Shown here piece after piece: positions 46,710-61,110 of a DNA stretch of 64,000 nt. Numbering within the stretch: position 1 is the first letter of the stretch; every line of letters begins with the position of its first letter. The position numbers and the translations under genes are program-made. Source of the DNA: Octopus sinensis (taxonomy: Eukaryota); NCBI RefSeq assembly GCF_006345805.1, contig NC_043004.1, forward strand, positions 37,944,001 to 38,008,000, in the 5' to 3' direction. The notes beneath the pieces are model-generated. The model was not told where the DNA came from. It saw nothing but the letters and a program-made list of their open reading frames with translations, and made no database searches.

Positions 46710-47820
46710 ATATATATATATATATATATGTGTGGTGTGTGGTGTGTGTGTGTGTGTATCACTTCAATAGGAAAAAAAGGGTAGAATTAGTTTAAAGTGA
46801 AAAAAATGAAAGAAAAGAGGAGTGAGGTGAGGTCGTTGAAGAGGAATTAGTAATTAAAAGATGTCAATTAACGGTACCCAGAAAAAAAAGAGATAAAATT
46901 GATCATAAAACTAAACGATAGGGAAATAGGGTGATAAATGCAGATGAAAGAGAGGCCGGTATCAGCGAAGAAGAAATAAAGAGTGAAAGAGAAAAGAGCA
47001 GTGGATAGTCAGTTCAGAAACGAAAGCAGTCGCATAGTGTATAAGCCTAGTCTAACAGAGGAGGCAGGAAAAGGTGAAAATAAAAACAGAAATCATGAAG
47101 GAAACGCTAAAAGAGTATAAAAGAGAATTGTAAAACGAATCAGTCGCATCGGAAATAAAGCTCAGTAAAATGGGAGCGGATGCAGGAGTTATAATGGAGT
47201 GCTCGTAAGAGGGGAAGAACAGAGTAGGGAAACACCGGTGGATGAGCACTAAAGACCCAAAATGTAACTAATTTTAGAGGTATGAGAAATACAGTTGTTG
47301 AAGTAGGAGTACTATAGCGAGGGGTATAGCAGAAAGAAAGGTTTAATTAGATCGGTCAGAATATAAAACTTATGGTAATATGAGAAAGTTTTTGTAATAT
47401 TTGTGGCGGCACATGATAATTACATCAGAGAAGCGGTTAAGGAGGCAGGCCCCCATTCACATGTAATATATACTGAAGATTTCACCGCAGGATAAGTTAC
47501 ATGGTCGTTGGTTTCCCGTGTACGGAATTCCACTTACAAGGTAGATAACTTGGTATAATGCACCATTTTCGTTTATTGGGCTCAGACATATAGACACACA
47601 CACACAGGCATGCATATAAACACACATACACACAAATAAACATACACAAACTTCAATATATAAAATTATACACCCACAAAACGCCAGCATGAGAAATAAA
47701 ATCTAGATTTTTATATAAATATGTGTGCGTATGTGTGATTATGTGTGTGTATGTGTGTGTATATTTGTGTATATGTAAAAACCATAACACCCGTTATTCA
47801 CATTCGGGGATGACACAATA

Positions 47821-48210
47821 GACGCAGGAGTGGCTGTGTGGTAAGTAGCTTGTTTACCAACCACATGGTTCCGGGTTCAGTCCCACTGCGTGGCACCTTG
47901 GGCAAGTGTCTTCTACTATAGCCTCGGGCCGACCAAAGCCTTGTGAGTGGATTTGGTAGACGGAAATATATATATGCGTGTGTGTGTTTGTGTGTCTGTG
48001 TTTGTCCCCCTAGCATTGCCTGACAACCGATGCTGGTGTGTTTATGCCCCCGTTACTTAGCGGTTCGGCAAAATAGACCGATAGAATAAGTAGTGGGCTT
48101 ACAAAAGAATAAGTCCCGGGGTCGAGTTGCTCGATTAAAGGCGGTGCTCCAGCATGGCCGCAGTCAAATGACTGAAACAAGTAAAAGAGTAAAGAGAGAG
48201 TTAAGAGTAA
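47821..48210 (+). mobile_element. Full-length SINE family B
   Basis: A-box-like TGGCTGTGTGG, B-box-like GGTTCAGTCCC, internal TA/TG tract, 3' hairpin CAGTC-AAAT-GACTG (48161-48174), (GAGTAAAA)-like tail. Confidence 0.9.
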
Positions 48211-48635
48211 TAGCGTATAGCCTAGGTGCCTATGTAGTCACGCAGAGATATAGGCACCAGCTAGGCCCTTTCACTTTTGTTCCCGAGGAAAATCATAGAT
48301 GCGGTAACAAAGGATATAGTAACACATGAATACTAGCCAGGTAACTCCGTTATAGACATCGTGAAAATGAAAGTTGGAAGTCAGTGGGATTTGAAATCAG
48401 AGACTAGAGGGACATAACCGATATCATAACAGATTTGATCCAAATTTCTAACACTATAAGCCAATCAGGCAGTGAGTATGTGTGTGCGCGCGCGTGTACG
48501 TTTGTTTGAGCGTGTGTGTGGCGTGCGTGTGTGTATGTACATAAGTACATGAATATATTTATAGACATATAGATATACGTTTGTATGTGCACACATATGC
48601 TCGAACACGCATATACGGATATATATATATATATA

Positions 48636-48865
48636 TATTTTCTTTACTGCCCACAAGGGGCAAAACATAGAGGGGACAAACAAGGACAGACAAAGGGATT
48701 AAGTCGATTATATCGACCCCAGTGCGTAACCGGTACTTTATTTATCGACCTCCAAAGGATGAAAGGCAAAGTCGACCTCGGCGGAATTTGAACTCAGAAC
48801 GTAACGACAGACGAAATACCGCTAAGCATTTCGCCCGGCGCGCTAACGTTTCTGCCAGCTTCGCC
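48636..48865 (-). mobile_element. Full-length SINE family A
   Basis: Reverse complement of 8556-8787. Confidence 0.9.
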
Positions 48866-48874
48866 TATATACAC

Positions 48875-48927
<53 letters not shown>

Positions 48928-48965
48928 ACACACACACATACACACACACATATATATATATATAT

Positions 48966-48996
<31 letters not shown>

Positions 48997-49297
48997 CATC
49001 TAAATATATATATAATCATAAATGTATACTTATATACACGCCTACTTTCCTGTATACATTCACAAATACACGTATATACACACACATATACTAATGCAAG
49101 TATTTATCAAGATAACTACTCCCTCATACATGTATATATTTTTGTGTGTATGCATATATGTGATCATGTGTATGTGTGTATTGTGTGTACGTGTTTGGAA
49201 GTGTGTGCGTGTATGTATGTGTTTAGAAATGCGTATTTGTATGTGTGTGTGTGTATGTGTATGTGTTTTGTATCCGCTGTGTGTGTGTGTGAGTTTT

Positions 49298-49397
49298 NNN
49301 NNNNNNNNNNNNNNNNNNNNNNNNNNNNNNNNNNNNNNNNNNNNNNNNNNNNNNNNNNNNNNNNNNNNNNNNNNNNNNNNNNNNNNNNNNNNNNNNN
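49298..49397. other. Assembly gap (100 N)
   Basis: Run of N between microsatellite tracts. Confidence 1.
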
Positions 49398-50794
49398 GCA
49401 TGCGTACATACATAATACAACATACATACATACATACATACATACAAAGATACATACATACATACATACATACATACAAAGATACATGCATATATACATA
49501 CATACATACATACATAATACATACATACATACATACATACATACATACATACATGCATATATACATACATACATGCTTGCGTACATACATACGCATACAT
49601 ATACATAACAGATTCACCTGTAACTTTCCATACCGATTAACGTTGCTTCATTTCATTCATACTATTTCAGTATTTTTCGCTGTTTATGTTGTACCGACAT
49701 TGTGGTTGGTTTAACTTCTTTACAAATAAATGTCTAAACCCCCGTCTCAATCTCTTCCTTTCTTTCTCTCTCTCTCCACACACACACTGACATTTACTCA
49801 TACATATATTTATTACATATATCGCTCGCCTATATTTTATTCCTTTCTGTGCAGACGTGAATAATAAACCCCAATCCTTGTATCTAGGTCTCTGTCTTTG
49901 CCAGGGACAAAGTTACGTAGCAATGACGAATTACCTCAAGAGGCTTAAGTCAATGACATCTTTTCAAACAACTGCGACCATTTCTTAATGTCAAAACAGA
50001 CGACAGAATTACTTCTTTATTATTGTGTTACAAGCTTTGTCAGATTTTTCTTTTCCTTTTAACTATATCTCCCATCTATGCTGAATTTATAAAAGTAGAC
50101 GAAGTTTTTTTATTATCTTCAGTATCTTTCTCTTCCTTTTTCTATATTTTTTTAATTGTATTTTCCCCTAATATTTTATACTTTTTCAATCTCAATACGT
50201 GCCTCGTTGAAAACTGTTATTTGTATGATAGTCAGGTAGCTAAGTCAGGATCTCACTGAAAAAAGAAAAAGAAGTAATTTTTAAACATCAATCAGTATAG
50301 CTGCCACCAAGATTGTGAAGGTCTTGTTGATTTTTATATTTGGTTTCCTTTCCTTATATGTTGAAGAATTTTTTTCTTATTTATTTTGTTTTCTTTTATT
50401 ACTTTCTTGGCTACTCTGTTACACTTTATATTCAGTAATTCTTTACCTATAATGCTATCTGCTTCTTTGACAATATTGTTGGTCTTTTTGTCTGTTTGTC
50501 AATCTATTTTATGTTTTACGTTACATTTCATTCTTTAATTATGTTTAGTTGTGTTGATTTTATTTTTTAGTGATTTTAAATACATTTTCATTGTTACTCC
50601 TTTCAATTGTGACCACCAATATCCTGTTGATTTCTTCTGTTTGTCTGCCTGTCTTTCTACATATTTTACTCACACATACACATATATTAGCCATATATAC
50701 ATACATACATATATATACACATATATATCTATATATATACACACACATATATATATACACACAATACGCACACGCACATTTGTGGGTGTGTGAG

Positions 50795-51900
50795 AGAAGA
50801 GTGTATGACCTCGCTTGGATGCTCAACTTCCGATGGAGTCGTAAGGGTCACACACTGTACATTAAATTTCTCCAGCTGCCGCGTCTGTGTGCCAACGCTA
50901 AAGTTTCCGCTGATTTGTCTGTCCGTCCCTTGACATTGTCCTTCCATCCTTTCTTCTGTCCACCTCTCTGATCTCCTTTACAGTTCATTGGAGAAAGGCA
51001 TTTGTAAAGCCACTGGATCTTATTACAAAGCAATACCATCTCACCTTTCTTTGCTTCACCATTGTGAGACGGCCTGAATGGAGACCAGTGTGATATCGAA
51101 TGGTTTTGAGAATCATTTATGTGATTCAAGAAAATGTGACTAAGAAGTTTCCGTAACATCTTGTTTACTGTAGCAGAGGCTTTCTTTGTATCTCTCCACT
51201 CAGAGTCCATTTCTCGCATGTGAACAGAAACACTGAAAGTTCCAGTGTCCGTGAGATTCTGATATTTTTCCTCCCATCTCTTTGTATTTTTCTGAGTTTG
51301 GTTAATGCATTTATCTTTATTTCTTGCCACAGCTTTTTGAATTGTTTCACTATGTCGAGTTTCTTTCCTTGTACAGAAATGTCTTTAGGTACGTTACCGT
51401 TGGCTTTTATCATGAGTTTCGTTTTTTCGAGACCGACTTCCATTCAAAACTTTTCTGAAGCTCTTAGAAAGTGGCCGATTAGTTCAATCAACTCATCCTC
51501 CCTTCTTTTTTACCATCAGCAAAACTTAAATTTGGGGTATTTCTTCAGCTGATACTGACTATGCCACCATGGTCTTCAAGAATATTGCTCATGATTCACT
51601 CTAGAAGGGTATTTGCCAAGCGTGCGGTGATGAAGCATACCTATCACACTCCAAAACCGGTGTAGAACCACCTCTACTATGCTTTGCGTGAAAACTGCAA
51701 TAAATGCTTTGGAGCAAGCCTGTTGGTACACGAGGAAGCTCTATTCCTCAGCTATAATATTTTGAGCCCACTGCCTTGATATATTCAAAATGACTTTGCT
51801 TGCGAGGCTAATCTTGCTATCTGTACGATAATTCTGGCATAGCAGGAGATTGCCTTCATGGGAAAGCACTACGAGCACGATTTGTTCCTGCGTACCAGCC
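50795..51900 (-). mobile_element. RTE-clade LINE RT and C-terminal remnant
   Basis: Minus translations GNLLLCQNYR, LEDHGGIVSI...NLSFAD, MEVGLEKTKLM...KLDIVKQFK, GQKKGWKDNVK...LALAHRRGSWR. Confidence 0.75.
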
Positions 51901-52083
51901 ATTTATTTGACTGCCAGATTTTGTTGTAGATGGTCGAAGTATATCTACTATTATGTCATCTTATTTATGCTTCAGTGGTTTAGCAGAAAACGGTTAAAAT
52001 GTCATTGTGAACTTTATCTCATGTGTCTGCAAGAAGACATGAGTTCTAAATTTCTGTTTGATATAGAATATTATGTAAGGCAA

Positions 52084-52293
52084 CTTGCTGACAGAAACCT
52101 TTGCGCACCGGACAAGGTGCTTAATCGCATTTCGTCCGTCTCTGCGAAGTGAGTTCAAATTATGACGAGGTTGACTTTGCTCTTCATCATTTCGTGGTCG
52201 ATAAAATAAGTACCAGCTGAACACTGAGGTCGATGCTATCGACTTGGCACCTCCCTCAAAATTGCTGGTCTTATGCCATAATTTGAAACCAAT
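52084..52293 (+). mobile_element. Diverged SINE family A, alternative 3' end
   Basis: GAGTTCAAATT B-box and family A body, ending TTTGAAACCAAT. Confidence 0.7.
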
Positions 52294-52546
52294 ATAGAAT
52301 ATTTAGTAAATGATTACTCCAAGACTGCCCTCTAATCTCCAGATAAAAAAACCCTTTTATTACTGAAAGATATGCCAACTTTAAAGAAACCTCGATTCTT
52401 GCCATTATCTCTCTCTTCATACGGAGCGAGTCTGAATTGCTATTTGGTAATTATGAAACATTCTCGAAAGTCGGAGATAATTTTGATAAATCTAGAATTT
52501 ATCTTATATGGTATCTAACATAACTGTTTTATCTCTCTTCATATCG

Positions 52547-52661
<115 letters not shown>

Positions 52662-52865
52662 CGTTCATATATGTAGGAGCAGGCGTAGCTGTCTACTAAA
52701 GAGTCGGGCCGATCAATACCTTGCGAGTCGATTTGGTATACGGAAACTCAAAGAAGCCTGTCGTATATATATATATATATATATATGTTATATAGGTTAC
52801 AGGAACATAAAAACACCAATACCGGTGTCAAAACGGTGACACACACACACACACGCACTCACACG

Positions 52866-52908
<43 letters not shown>

Positions 52909-52933
52909 ACACACACACACACACAGATATATA

Positions 52934-54188
52934 CGGTGATTGGCCAAATAATGGAAACACCTAGCTTCGTAACATCACAATTTTGAAATATCTATAGAAC
53001 CATCAAAATCTTGTTTATTTATTTATTTATTTTTTTTATTTATTATTAATGTTGCTTAATATATTTTACTAAAATTGCTGTTTCTTTTCAGATATCATCA
53101 GAAAAAGGTAATTAAAATTCATTAAAATGACAAATCTGTCGGACTTTGAAAGAGGTCAAATTGTTGGTGCTCGTATGGCAGGCGCTAGCGTACGAAAACA
53201 GCCAAAATGTTTGATGTATCAAGAAGTACTGTCCCGAAAGTAATGACAGCTTTGAGAAAGAGGGAAAAAACCTCCTCATCGAAACAAAACTCTGAAAAAA
53301 CCAGAGGTTGGACTCTTACTCGAATTGTTAGAAAGTATCACAAAAGAACAGCTCCCAAAATTACTGCAGAGCTTAATGACTACCTCGGGAACCCAGTTAC
53401 CACAAAAACAGTTCCCCAGGAGATGCACAAAGCTGGATTTCACGGGAGTGCTGCAATCAGAAAACCACTACTTTCAAAAACCAATGTTGCAAAGCGTTGA
53501 GAGTGGTGTAAAAGCCTACACAACTGGTCCCTAGAGCAGTGGAAGAATGTGATTTTCTCGGACGAGTCATCCTTTACCTTATTCCCGACCACTGGTCGTG
53601 TATACATGAGGAAATAGCCAAAAGAAGCATTTAACCCAGACTGCCTTCTTCCAACTGTTGAACAGGGGGAAGATCTGTGATAATCTGGGGTGCTATATCT
53701 TAGAAACCCGCCGACCCAATGGTTTCTCTTCATGGCAGAATTAATAGTCAAGATCATTTAAGCATTTTATCTGATCAAATTTATCCTATGTTTGCGGAAC
53801 TGTTTCCGAAGGGAACACAGTCTTTCAGGATGATAATGCACTAATTCACACAGCTAAAGTTGTTACTGAATGACACGAGGAACACTCTAGTGAAGTTGAA
53901 CATCTTATCTGGCCACCACAGACCCCAGATCTCAACATTATTAAACATTTATGGTGAATTTTAGAAAAACAGGTAAGGAGTCGATATCCTCTACCATCAT
54001 CACTACAAGAACTGGAGACTGTTTTATCTGAAGAATGGACAAAAATTCCTTTGGGAACAATTAAACTTTGTACAAGTCCATACCTCGTAGAATTCAAGCT
54101 GTAATTACTGCCAAAGGCAGTCCTACCCCATATTGAAATAAATTTGTTTGAAATTCTAAGGTGTTTCCATTATTTTGTCCAACCCCTG
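52934..54188 (+). mobile_element. Tc1-like transposon with disrupted DD34E-type transposase, inserted into a SINE B microsatellite
   Basis: TIRs CGGTGATTGGCCAAATAATGGAAACACC / GGTGTTTCCATTATTTTGTCCAACCCCTG flanked by TA; ORF from ATG 53127 (MTNLSDFERGQIVGARMAG) through IFSDES, QDDNA and WPPQTPDLN to TGA 54136, with stops and frameshifts; SINE B halves at about 52795-52933 and 54190-54270. Confidence 0.9.
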
Positions 54189-54286
54189 TATATATACGAC
54201 AGGCTTCTTTCACCTATCTACTAAATCCACTCACAAGGCTTTGGTCGGCCCGTGGCTATAGCAGAAGCTTCTTCCCCGCCCCTACG

Positions 54287-54317
<31 letters not shown>

Positions 54318-54439
54318 GTAGTATTTACGTCTATATAAAATGACTTATAAGAAAAAATATCAAGTAAAACCAAGAGCAAATGAGGGAGAAAAACAAAGGC
54401 CACGACTGTAACCTTACCACTTCTACTCTATAATAAAAT

Positions 54440-54580
54440 TACTAACGAAAATGATAATGTACTTTGTTTCGGATCGATGAGCACTTAGAGAATACTTGTT
54501 GACAAATGTATTTATTATTGCCTAACGTGGGAAACAACTTCGAACGCACATAAATCTCTGAGGTTACTGCCGGTATGTGT
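54440..54580. repeat. Dispersed repeat, also at about 58010-58150
   Basis: ATAATGTACTTTGTTTCGGATCGATGA...ATTGCCTAACGTGGGAAACAACTT is shared. Confidence 0.7.
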
Positions 54581-54792
54581 GTGAGTGTGTGTTTGTGTGT
54601 GTGTGTGTGTGTATTTGTGCGTTTGTGCGTGTATGTGTGTGTCTATGAATACATGTATACACTTATGCACATGAATGTGTATATATGTATATATACATAT
54701 ATACATACAAACATACATACATGTATACATACATACATATATATATATATATTTATATATATATAATACATATATATATATATACACATACA

Positions 54793-54839
<47 letters not shown>

Positions 54840-54979
54840 GGTATAAGTATATGTATACATAATGATACCACCAACAGCACACTGGGTTACAAGATATCAA
54901 GTCATTTTTATTTTCTATAAAAACGTTATAATCACTTAACTGAAAAACACAGACACATATTATTTTCATTACATATAGT

Positions 54980-55022
<43 letters not shown>

Positions 55023-55066
55023 GCATATATATACATATATCTGTATATATGTAGAGATATACATAT

Positions 55067-55132
<66 letters not shown>

Positions 55133-55213
55133 TGTGTATGCATGTGTGTGTATATGCATATATAAGTATACATGTACTATATAATATGATATATGTATAT
55201 AATTACATGTATG

Positions 55214-55281
<68 letters not shown>

Positions 55282-55599
55282 TGCGCTTGCTTGTTTGTGT
55301 ATACATATCTATATGATATACATGTGTATATATATTTTAATACTCGTCAAAATGACGACAGTTTTATGCATTAGAGAGCATGAGTCACAACGGTATATGA
55401 GCACATCACCTTGCCTTGAAAAACGACTACATTTCATTTTTTTTATATATAACATATTTAGTGATACATTGGACAGTTTAATAATACTTGAAAATTTATT
55501 TGTAAAAATGACATATTTATAAGGCTATTAGAATATCATTTGCAGATTATCGAGTGATTTACATACAGTTATTATTATTGAAGAAGTTCTTTCATTTCG

Positions 55600-56950
55600 A
55601 TGTTCCTAGTAGAATTGCAAGATTAATAAATATTTCTTTCAATTCTATTTATATTTATGATTGTATCAAGCTTGCTTTTATTTCGTTGTAAAGAAATTTA
55701 AAGGGAATGCCTCATACTCCACGTCAGCTTCATTTAAATTCTTCGCTAATAACGAACTCTTACCTCGTGTTTTTCTATGTCTGTAGGCACGAAATTTGCG
55801 TAAACATGTGGTTGATATTAGATACTTGCTACCGATAATGCGTAAATACGCAGAAATTCTGGAATGTATAATTTCTATTGCTGCTGGTTGACAGTTTTCG
55901 CCTGCTGTTGACACATTTGTGTTCTTGTGAGGGACAGCTAAAACATTTCTGCTGGATATGCTACTGTTCTACGTTCGCAAAAAATGGTAGAATTATACTT
56001 GCTGTAGTTTCATCAGGTATTATTGCCATATTGTTGAAGATTGGGCGGACAGCCCGTTCTCGTTTCAAGTTTCCCATTTCAGTATAAATCTGCTTCACCC
56101 TGTCATATAATGCAGCTGGTCACCTTCTACATGATAATCAGCTATTGGCTGGAACAAAGCTCAGGTGTATGCTACGGTGACTTTGTTCTTCTATGGCGAA
56201 GAAATAATTTCAAATATTGTGAATACTGACACACCCTTCCCAGACGCCATTGTGATTCCAACCTTTCTAAAACTGAATTCCAAGAAAGATGTGGTGCAAA
56301 TTTGTTTCTAATAATCTAGTAACACAATACGAACATGAACAATGAATGTTTTCAAGAACTATTCCAAGAACAAAAAGCAACAAGGTTGTTTACCGTAACG
56401 TTGAAATTAAGAATAAATATCCTGGAAATGGGTTCACATAGAGAAGCGTACAGTCTGTGGTAGAAGAAAATTATACCACAGAAACTTTGAAATCCTTAAA
56501 TATAAGTATTTTGTCTCTTTAAATCATCAAATCAATATAAGATCTTCAGCAATGCTTCTCCGAAAATTTAGTCCCCAGATATGGCCACTGTAATGTTTAC
56601 ACTGCTCAATGCAACTAGCAATTTACTAACGGCCAGCGAACATACTGGAATTGACACTAGTAGACTGCTGATCAGTCCTCGGATTTCAATTCTACTAACT
56701 GACACCAACTTATCTCTTACTCTAAACATATGCAATTTCTTATAAGGCCTGTTTTTATCATGTCGATAAATAAGAGTCTGAGAAAAAGTTTAAACACGTG
56801 TTGATTGCTTTTTCCGACTCCTGCGATCACACAGAGGTCATTGTATGTTGCTATTAGCAGAGCTGGCGACGAACAAATCTGAGAATATTTGTTTATCAAA
56901 GGGAATTCAACTACAGAACCAAAAAGACATCATAAAGTTGAATATAGAAC
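55600..56950 (-). mobile_element. Highly degenerate RLE-type (R4/Dong-like) LINE remnant
   Basis: Weak motif resemblance only: LLIATYNDLCVIA (HLLYMDDL-like), DMIKTGLIRNC, PYLG, MAIIPDE...KCFSC. Confidence 0.4.
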
Positions 56951-57117
56951 TTAACTAGGAACGTTGCTTGTAGAGAAGTCATCTCAGTGAATGCAAATAT
57001 TAGCACTTCTGTCATTCTCAGAGATGTGTGGGTGGGGGTGTTCTACGGGCAGCCATCAGATATTTTCTACCCGAGAATTTTCTTTAACCAAAGATCTTAC
57101 AGAATAATATTTACAGC

Positions 57118-57443
57118 GTGAAGGCGAATGGCTTAGTAGTTAGGTTATTCGGCTCACGATCGCAAGGTCGTGAGTTCGATTCTCGATGACTCATTGTACC
57201 CTTGAGAAAGACGTTTTATTTCGTGCTCCTCCAGTCCACTTAGGTGGCAAAAATGAGTAGTACCCGTATTTCAAAGGGCCAGTCTTGTCATATTCTGTGT
57301 GACGCTGAATCTCCCTGAGAGCTACATTAAGGGTATATGTGCCTGTAGAGTGCTCAGCCACACACACGTTAATTTCACGAGCAGCTTGTTCCGTTGATCA
57401 GATCAGCTGGAACCCTCGTCGTCGTAACCGAAGGAGTACCAAT
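57118..57443 (+). mobile_element. SINE with CORE-like centre and family D tail
   Basis: GAGTTCGATTCTC B-box, CCTTGAGAAAGAC...CCACTTAGGTGGCAAAAATGAGT, then the same tail as 35922-36306. Confidence 0.75.
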
Positions 57444-58228
57444 ATTTATAACCTTATCTACTCTGAACTCCTCCGCTAAAACTATTTATATTTATTCTAG
57501 AATGTTTATACCGAGCTTACAGAATATGAAACAAAATAATTTTAAAACAAATATTTTTATTGAAACAGCATTCAAAAATATTATTTGTGAAGCCTTCACT
57601 GAAAAAGACCATCTAAATTTCAGTTATTTACTCAAATCAATAATCACTTAAAATAACTATTTTCTTGAAAATCAAAATAGAGGTAAAGTTTATAGTGAGA
57701 AGAAAGGTTAAAAAAATATTTGTATCTACTCTGAATATATCTTTTATAAAGCGTAGGATTTTACAAGGACAAACAATATAAATGAATGTTTTGTTTTTTT
57801 GCCTTATTGCCGCCAAGCAAAGCGGCGGGTATCGAGCTAGTTTATACGAATAACAGTGGCACGTCATATCTTACTGATTTAGCCGAACGAAAATAAAAAC
57901 AAGTTTATATATCTATACATATAAAATGATATGGCTTATCACAAAAAATAACCACGTGAAATAAAATCAAAAGTAGTAGGCCACCACCCATCTACACCTC
58001 TAGAACATAATACTAATGAAAATAATAATAATGTACTTTGTTTCGGATCGATGACTGCTTACAGAATATTTGTTCACCAACATATCATTGCCTAACGTGG
58101 GAAACAACTTTGAACATATATTATTTGGAAATCTAAGTGTATCGGTGTGTGAGTGTACGTGTGTAAATATATATACAAATATATACATACATATATGTAT
58201 ACATGTATGTTTATACGCGCACACACAA

Positions 58229-58309
<81 letters not shown>

Positions 58310-58317
58310 TTGTTAAT

Positions 58318-58745
58318 CCTTTTTCTTGGTTCAGTCATTACACTGCGGCCATGCTGGGGCACCGTCTTGAAGTATTTTAGTCGAACAAATCGACCCCAGT
58401 ACTTATTTTATTTTTTTTTGTAGACCCTGGTACTTATTCTATCGGTCCCTTTTGCTGAACCGCTAGATAACACCGATTCCAGTTGTCAAGCGGTGGTCGA
58501 GGGACAAATTCATACACAAAGATACACAGACGTAAATACTCGCACTCGCGCGCACACTCACATACATACATACATACATACATACATACATACATACATA
58601 CATACATACATACATACATACATACATACATACATACATGCATACAACACAAAACGCTTTGGTCAGCCTGAGAGACTATAGTAGAAGACACTTGTTCAAG
58701 GTACCACGATTCATGTGGGGCGGAAGAAAACTTCACAGCAGCGCC
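58318..58745 (-). mobile_element. SINE family B copy
   Basis: Tail and head in reverse orientation around a (CATA)n tract. Confidence 0.8.
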
Positions 58746-59789
58746 ATATATATATATATATATATATATATCGTCAGTAAATCATGAATCCGAAAAAAGC
58801 AGTAGGGTCTCAAGAAATGCTATAAAGCTAAGCGCTTTATGAACGTGAAACCTGGGTAAACCCACAAATCGGCCATAAATATGTTTAATATATATATACA
58901 CACACACAAGTGGGACAAGAACGCAAAACATCCAAACAGACAATACAAAGAAAACAAGGACGGGTCATTCGGTGTTTTCTATCCTCAGTCGAGTTCCAAA
59001 TAATCATTTCAATTTAGGCTGGTTATACTCGAAGAAAGCACCGAATGTATACGAAAACAAGGACGGGGAAAAACGGAGAATCTTACACGAATCCAAATCC
59101 AAATAACAGGACATAACAACAGGTGTCTTTAGACTAAGGACGATTTATATTAAGCTGGTGTGTGTGGAAGTAAAGCCTTACAGCAGGGAATAAGATTTGA
59201 CAGGCACAGGGAGGAATATAGATGTTTCATGGATGATAGTCGAACCAAGAAAGAAAGGTCAGGCTTGGCTGAACACCGGTTACGTGGGGAGAAAAGAAAG
59301 AGAGGTAGAGGCAGAGGGATAGAAGAATTAAGGTGAAACAAGTGAAAGGGACACAGTGAAGTGAAAGAGGAGGAAAAGTGAGCATGAAGAGAACTCCAGG
59401 AAATATGAGAGAGGGGGAACGAAAGAACGAAGAGTGGAATGAACGAGATAAGCGTGAAAGGGCTGATAGAAAGAAGGAAAGAATGAAAGAACAGAAAGAA
59501 TGATAGAGTCGTACAAAATTTAGATATATATACTTACATATAAGAGACCAAGATGTATATAGAAAAAATACAAAAATGGGACAAGAACGCAAAACATCCA
59601 GAGAATTAGGTGATGCACAAAAGAGACAACGAAACATCGAGACAGACGATACAAAGAAAATAAGGACGGATCATTCGGAGTTTTCTATCCTCAGTCGAGT
59701 TCCAGATTATCTTTGCAATTTCAGCTGGTCATACACGAAGAAAACAGCAACTATATACGAAAACAAGCAACACAAATCCCAATAGAGAC

Positions 59790-60238
59790 TGCTAACACAT
59801 GCAGAGCTTTACACAACAACTACGAAACCAACGGTTAAAAATATGGAAGTCCAAGCTGTGGAACACGCCCCAACCTACATGAGGGCTCAGATTTCCTTTT
59901 CAAAAAAGTAGAGAGGTTCACAATTAAAACTAACTTCACATGTGCCTCTGAGAACCTAATTTATGTAGTAACCTACTCGGGTTGTGGACATCACTATGTA
60001 GGACAGACGAGTATGACATTGAGACGGAGAAGCACTCTACATAAAGAGCAGATCCAGTTCCTGCAATACAGACACATTCCTTTAAGTGAACACAGAGAAA
60101 TTTGCTGGTAATATCAAACCAAATTTTACAGTTTTCCCCTTCTACCAGTACAAATATACAATTTCTTTACAAGAACGTTTAAATAAAGACAATTTTTTCA
60201 TCGAAAAATACAGAACATGTCTAAATATGCACGCATAA
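59790..60238 (+). mobile_element. Penelope-like element Cys-linker and GIY-YIG endonuclease remnant
   Basis: GSPSCGTRPNLHEG...NFTCASENLIYVVTYSGCGHHYVGQTSMTLRRR...(frameshift)...ERLNKDNFFIEKY...* at 60238. Confidence 0.8.
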
Positions 60239-60527
60239 CCAACTTTGATCTCTTTACTTATTTTAATTCACGAATGTGTACAGTATATACTCATCACTGT
60301 ACACATTTCTCCCCACTAATCTAGTTCTTGAATTTTTGTGTATAATATATATGACCCCCACCACCGAATGCTGAATAATTATCTCCCCTGCCCACAATAA
60401 TAATGATAACCAATTAATTACCTGGCCTTAGATTTTTCTACTTGTTGAATCATTCACTCATGAATTCACACACATCATGGACCAAAATATTTCTTCTAAA
60501 GAAAATACGTATTTAAATAAATTTTAA

Positions 60528-60560
60528 TGTCGTGAATAGCGAAAGCGAAACCGGTCGACA
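60528..60560 (+). ncRNA. Minimal type I hammerhead-like motif, G3/U8 variant
   Basis: TGTC-GTGAATA-GC-GAAA-GC-GAAA-CCGG-TC/GACA; palindromic stem III ACCGGT; about 290 bp 3' of the GIY-YIG stop. Confidence 0.55.
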
Positions 60561-60589
60561 AACACAACGCAAGATATATTAAAAATTAC

Positions 60590-60689
60590 ATTAAAACTGT
60601 GTAAAGTGTGTGCATTTTCCTTCTTTAATTGCCTATATATATTACAACTCACCACATGGGGATAATCGAAATTTCTCCCTTTCTTTTAC

Positions 60690-60776
<87 letters not shown>

Positions 60777-61010
60777 TGTGTGTGTACACACACACATATA
60801 TATATGTATATATGTATGTATTTATATACATATATGTATATGTATATGTATGTATATTATATTAAAACCGTGTAAAGTGTGTGCATTTTCCTTCTTTTAA
60901 TGCTTATATATATTACAACTCACCACATGGGGATAATCGAAAGTCCTCCATTTCTTTTACTATATATATGTGTGTGTGTACACATATATATATGTATATA
61001 TGTATGCATT

Positions 61011-61041
<31 letters not shown>

Positions 61042-61110
61042 TATATATATAATATATTATATATATATATATATATATTATATATGTATGTATGTATATT
61101 TACATATGTA
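60590..61110. repeat. Tandem duplication, period about 271 bp, including microsatellites
   Basis: ATTAAAAC.GTGTAAAGTGTGTGCATTTTCC...CACCACATGGGGATAATCGAAA at 60590 and 60861. Confidence 0.85.

Noticed and set aside
46780-47450. Strongly purine-biased stretch as a decayed coding region
   Set aside because: No motif or sustained frame was recognisable.
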